DNA from: Hominenteromicrobium mulieris
GTDB taxonomy: Bacteria > Bacillota > Clostridia > Oscillospirales > Acutalibacteraceae
Assembly (NCBI RefSeq): GCF_020687165.1
Contig: NZ_JAJEQC010000005.1
Length of the DNA stretch: 24,000 nucleotides
Direction: 5' to 3' (one strand)
The notes below the pieces were generated by a model. That model was not told the origin of the DNA. It searched no databases and worked only from the letters and a program-made list of their open reading frames with translations. Positions within the stretch are counted from its first letter, which is position 1. Each line of letters begins with the position of its first letter. Made by a program: the position numbers and the translations under genes. This document shows positions 23,043-24,000 of the stretch, piece after piece.

Positions 23043-24000
23043 GAACACGGTAAAGAAAGGCACGATCAAGGCACACGGGCGCAGTGACGGTTTACGGGAA
23101 ATGTCGGAGCAGCTCGCCGAGATGCAAAAAATCGTCACTGCACCGATGAGCGTCGATACGCCGGAGCAAGATGGGGACAAAGCGCCGGAAACGGCTGCGG
23201 CGGATCAAGTCGTCGGCCGTGCAAAATCGACGGCAGGGGCGGTCAGAGATGCTGTGACGAGTGAGATCAAGCGCGCTGTGCGAAAGAGTAAAAATAAACC
23301 CGTTGAACGAGGCGTGCAACCGTTGGCGAAGAGTTCTCCGTGGCGATCGACGTCGCGTGCAGGAAATACGGTGCAGGCATCGTATAAAGTTGCATCCAAG
23401 ACTGCGTATAGAAGCACCTCCGAAGCAGTGTCACATGCGGCACGCGCCGGTGCGCAAGCTGCACAGCAGGCAGCTAAGACGGCCACTGTGGAGACTGTAA
23501 AAGCTACGGCAACCGTAAGCGCCGGTGCAGCGACGGCGGGAACCAGCGTGGCCGTACAGGCTGCGGCCGAAACGGCTAAAAAGGTAACGGTCGGCACGGT
23601 GCAAAAAATACAGGAAAGTGCGCAGACGGCTACGGCTGTGCATGCGCACGATATGGCACGTGCGGCGCAGCAGCACGTAGCAAATAAAACGAAAGATGTA
23701 CCTGCGACGGACGCCAAAGGATTACCTAAAATTCTCATGGCAATTTGGATCGGCATGGTTGTGCTGTTATTAGTCTTTTCAAACAGCTTTGGCAGCTTAG
23801 CGAGCAGTGCCGGACGTGCGATAAATCTAAACGACCGCGTGGAATCCTACCGCGCATCCATTACATATTGGGCACAAAAAGACGGCATACCCGAATATGT
23901 TGAGGTTCTATTGGCGCTGTGTATGGCAGAGACCGGCATTTTGGATGACCCGGGAGACCCGTTTGCGTGTTCCGAATCCGGCTTGGCGGTAAAACAGCCG
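23023..24000 (+). CDS. T4SS-associated cell-wall hydrolase (VirB1/TcpG-like, lysozyme-like domain beginning), 3'-partial
   Basis: This frame is open from the ATG at 23023 to the window end and is absent from the ORF track because it has no stop. It encodes an Ala/Thr/Gln-rich low-complexity region, a TM helix (ILMAIWIGMVVLLLVF), then YVEVLLALCMAETGILDDPGDPFACSESG, which resembles the start of lysozyme-like/transglycosylase domains in conjugative hydrolases. Confidence 0.6.
   Translation, partial: MNITTYENTVKKGTIKAHGRSDGLREMSEQLAEMQKIVTAPMSVDTPEQDGDKAPETAAADQVVGRAKSTAGAVRDAVTSEIKRAVRKSKNKPVERGVQPLAKSSPWRSTSRAGNTVQASYKVASKTAYRSTSEAVSHAARAGAQAAQQAAKTATVETVKATATVSAGAATAGTSVAVQAAAETAKKVTVGTVQKIQESAQTATAVHAHDMARAAQQHVANKTKDVPATDAKGLPKILMAIWIGMVVLLLVFSNSFGSLASSAGRAINLNDRVESYRASITYWAQKDGIPEYVEVLLALCMAETGILDDPGDPFACSESGLAVKQP

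Noticed and set aside
23205-23756. A 183-aa minus-strand ORF and other ORFs in the 23.1-23.8 kb region
   Set aside because: They are antisense shadows of the GC-rich, Ala/Thr/Gln-rich low-complexity segment of the + strand hydrolase gene. That gene is open from 23023 to the window end and continues into a recognisable TM helix and lysozyme-like motif.
1-24000. Scan for CRISPR arrays, tRNA/rRNA genes, IS elements, and integrase or recombinase genes
   Set aside because: I saw no regularly spaced short repeats, no cloverleaf-like or rRNA-like segments, no transposase or integrase motifs, and no terminal inverted repeats. The only mobile element I can support is the group II intron. The ends of the conjugative element lie outside this window.

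Overview
The window looks like part of a Gram-positive (Clostridia-type) conjugative element, with almost all backbone genes on the + strand. In order it holds:
- A 5'-truncated, sortase-anchored multidomain adhesin (2..3073).
- An AT-rich accessory cassette (about 3197..6289) bracketed by ~95-nt direct repeats.
- A putative leading region pointing toward the origin of transfer: a hyperacidic small protein, an ArdC-like antirestriction protein, a DnaG-type primase with a SpoVG-like C-terminus, and a P-loop protein.
- A hairpin-dense candidate oriT (10647..10939).
- mobC, then a MobA/VirD2-type relaxase split by a complete 2473-nt group II intron (11825..14297) that carries its own reverse transcriptase/maturase/HNH gene.
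- A type IV secretion module: PcfB/DUF3801, an ArdC-N-like paralog, a small coupling-protein fragment ORF, a VirD4-type coupling protein, Maff2, VirB6-like, PrgI/VirB3-like, a VirB4 ATPase, and a 3'-truncated cell-wall hydrolase.

The best candidate for an undescribed system is the accessory cassette. It contains a convergent pair of unknown genes with no terminator between them (a 226-aa weakly HTH-like protein and a 256-aa zinc-ribbon protein), a YafQ/DinJ toxin-antitoxin pair, and a 3-TM membrane protein.

All functional calls rest on motifs recognised by eye in the supplied translations. No database search or folding was run. I saw no rRNA, tRNA, CRISPR array, transposase or integrase.
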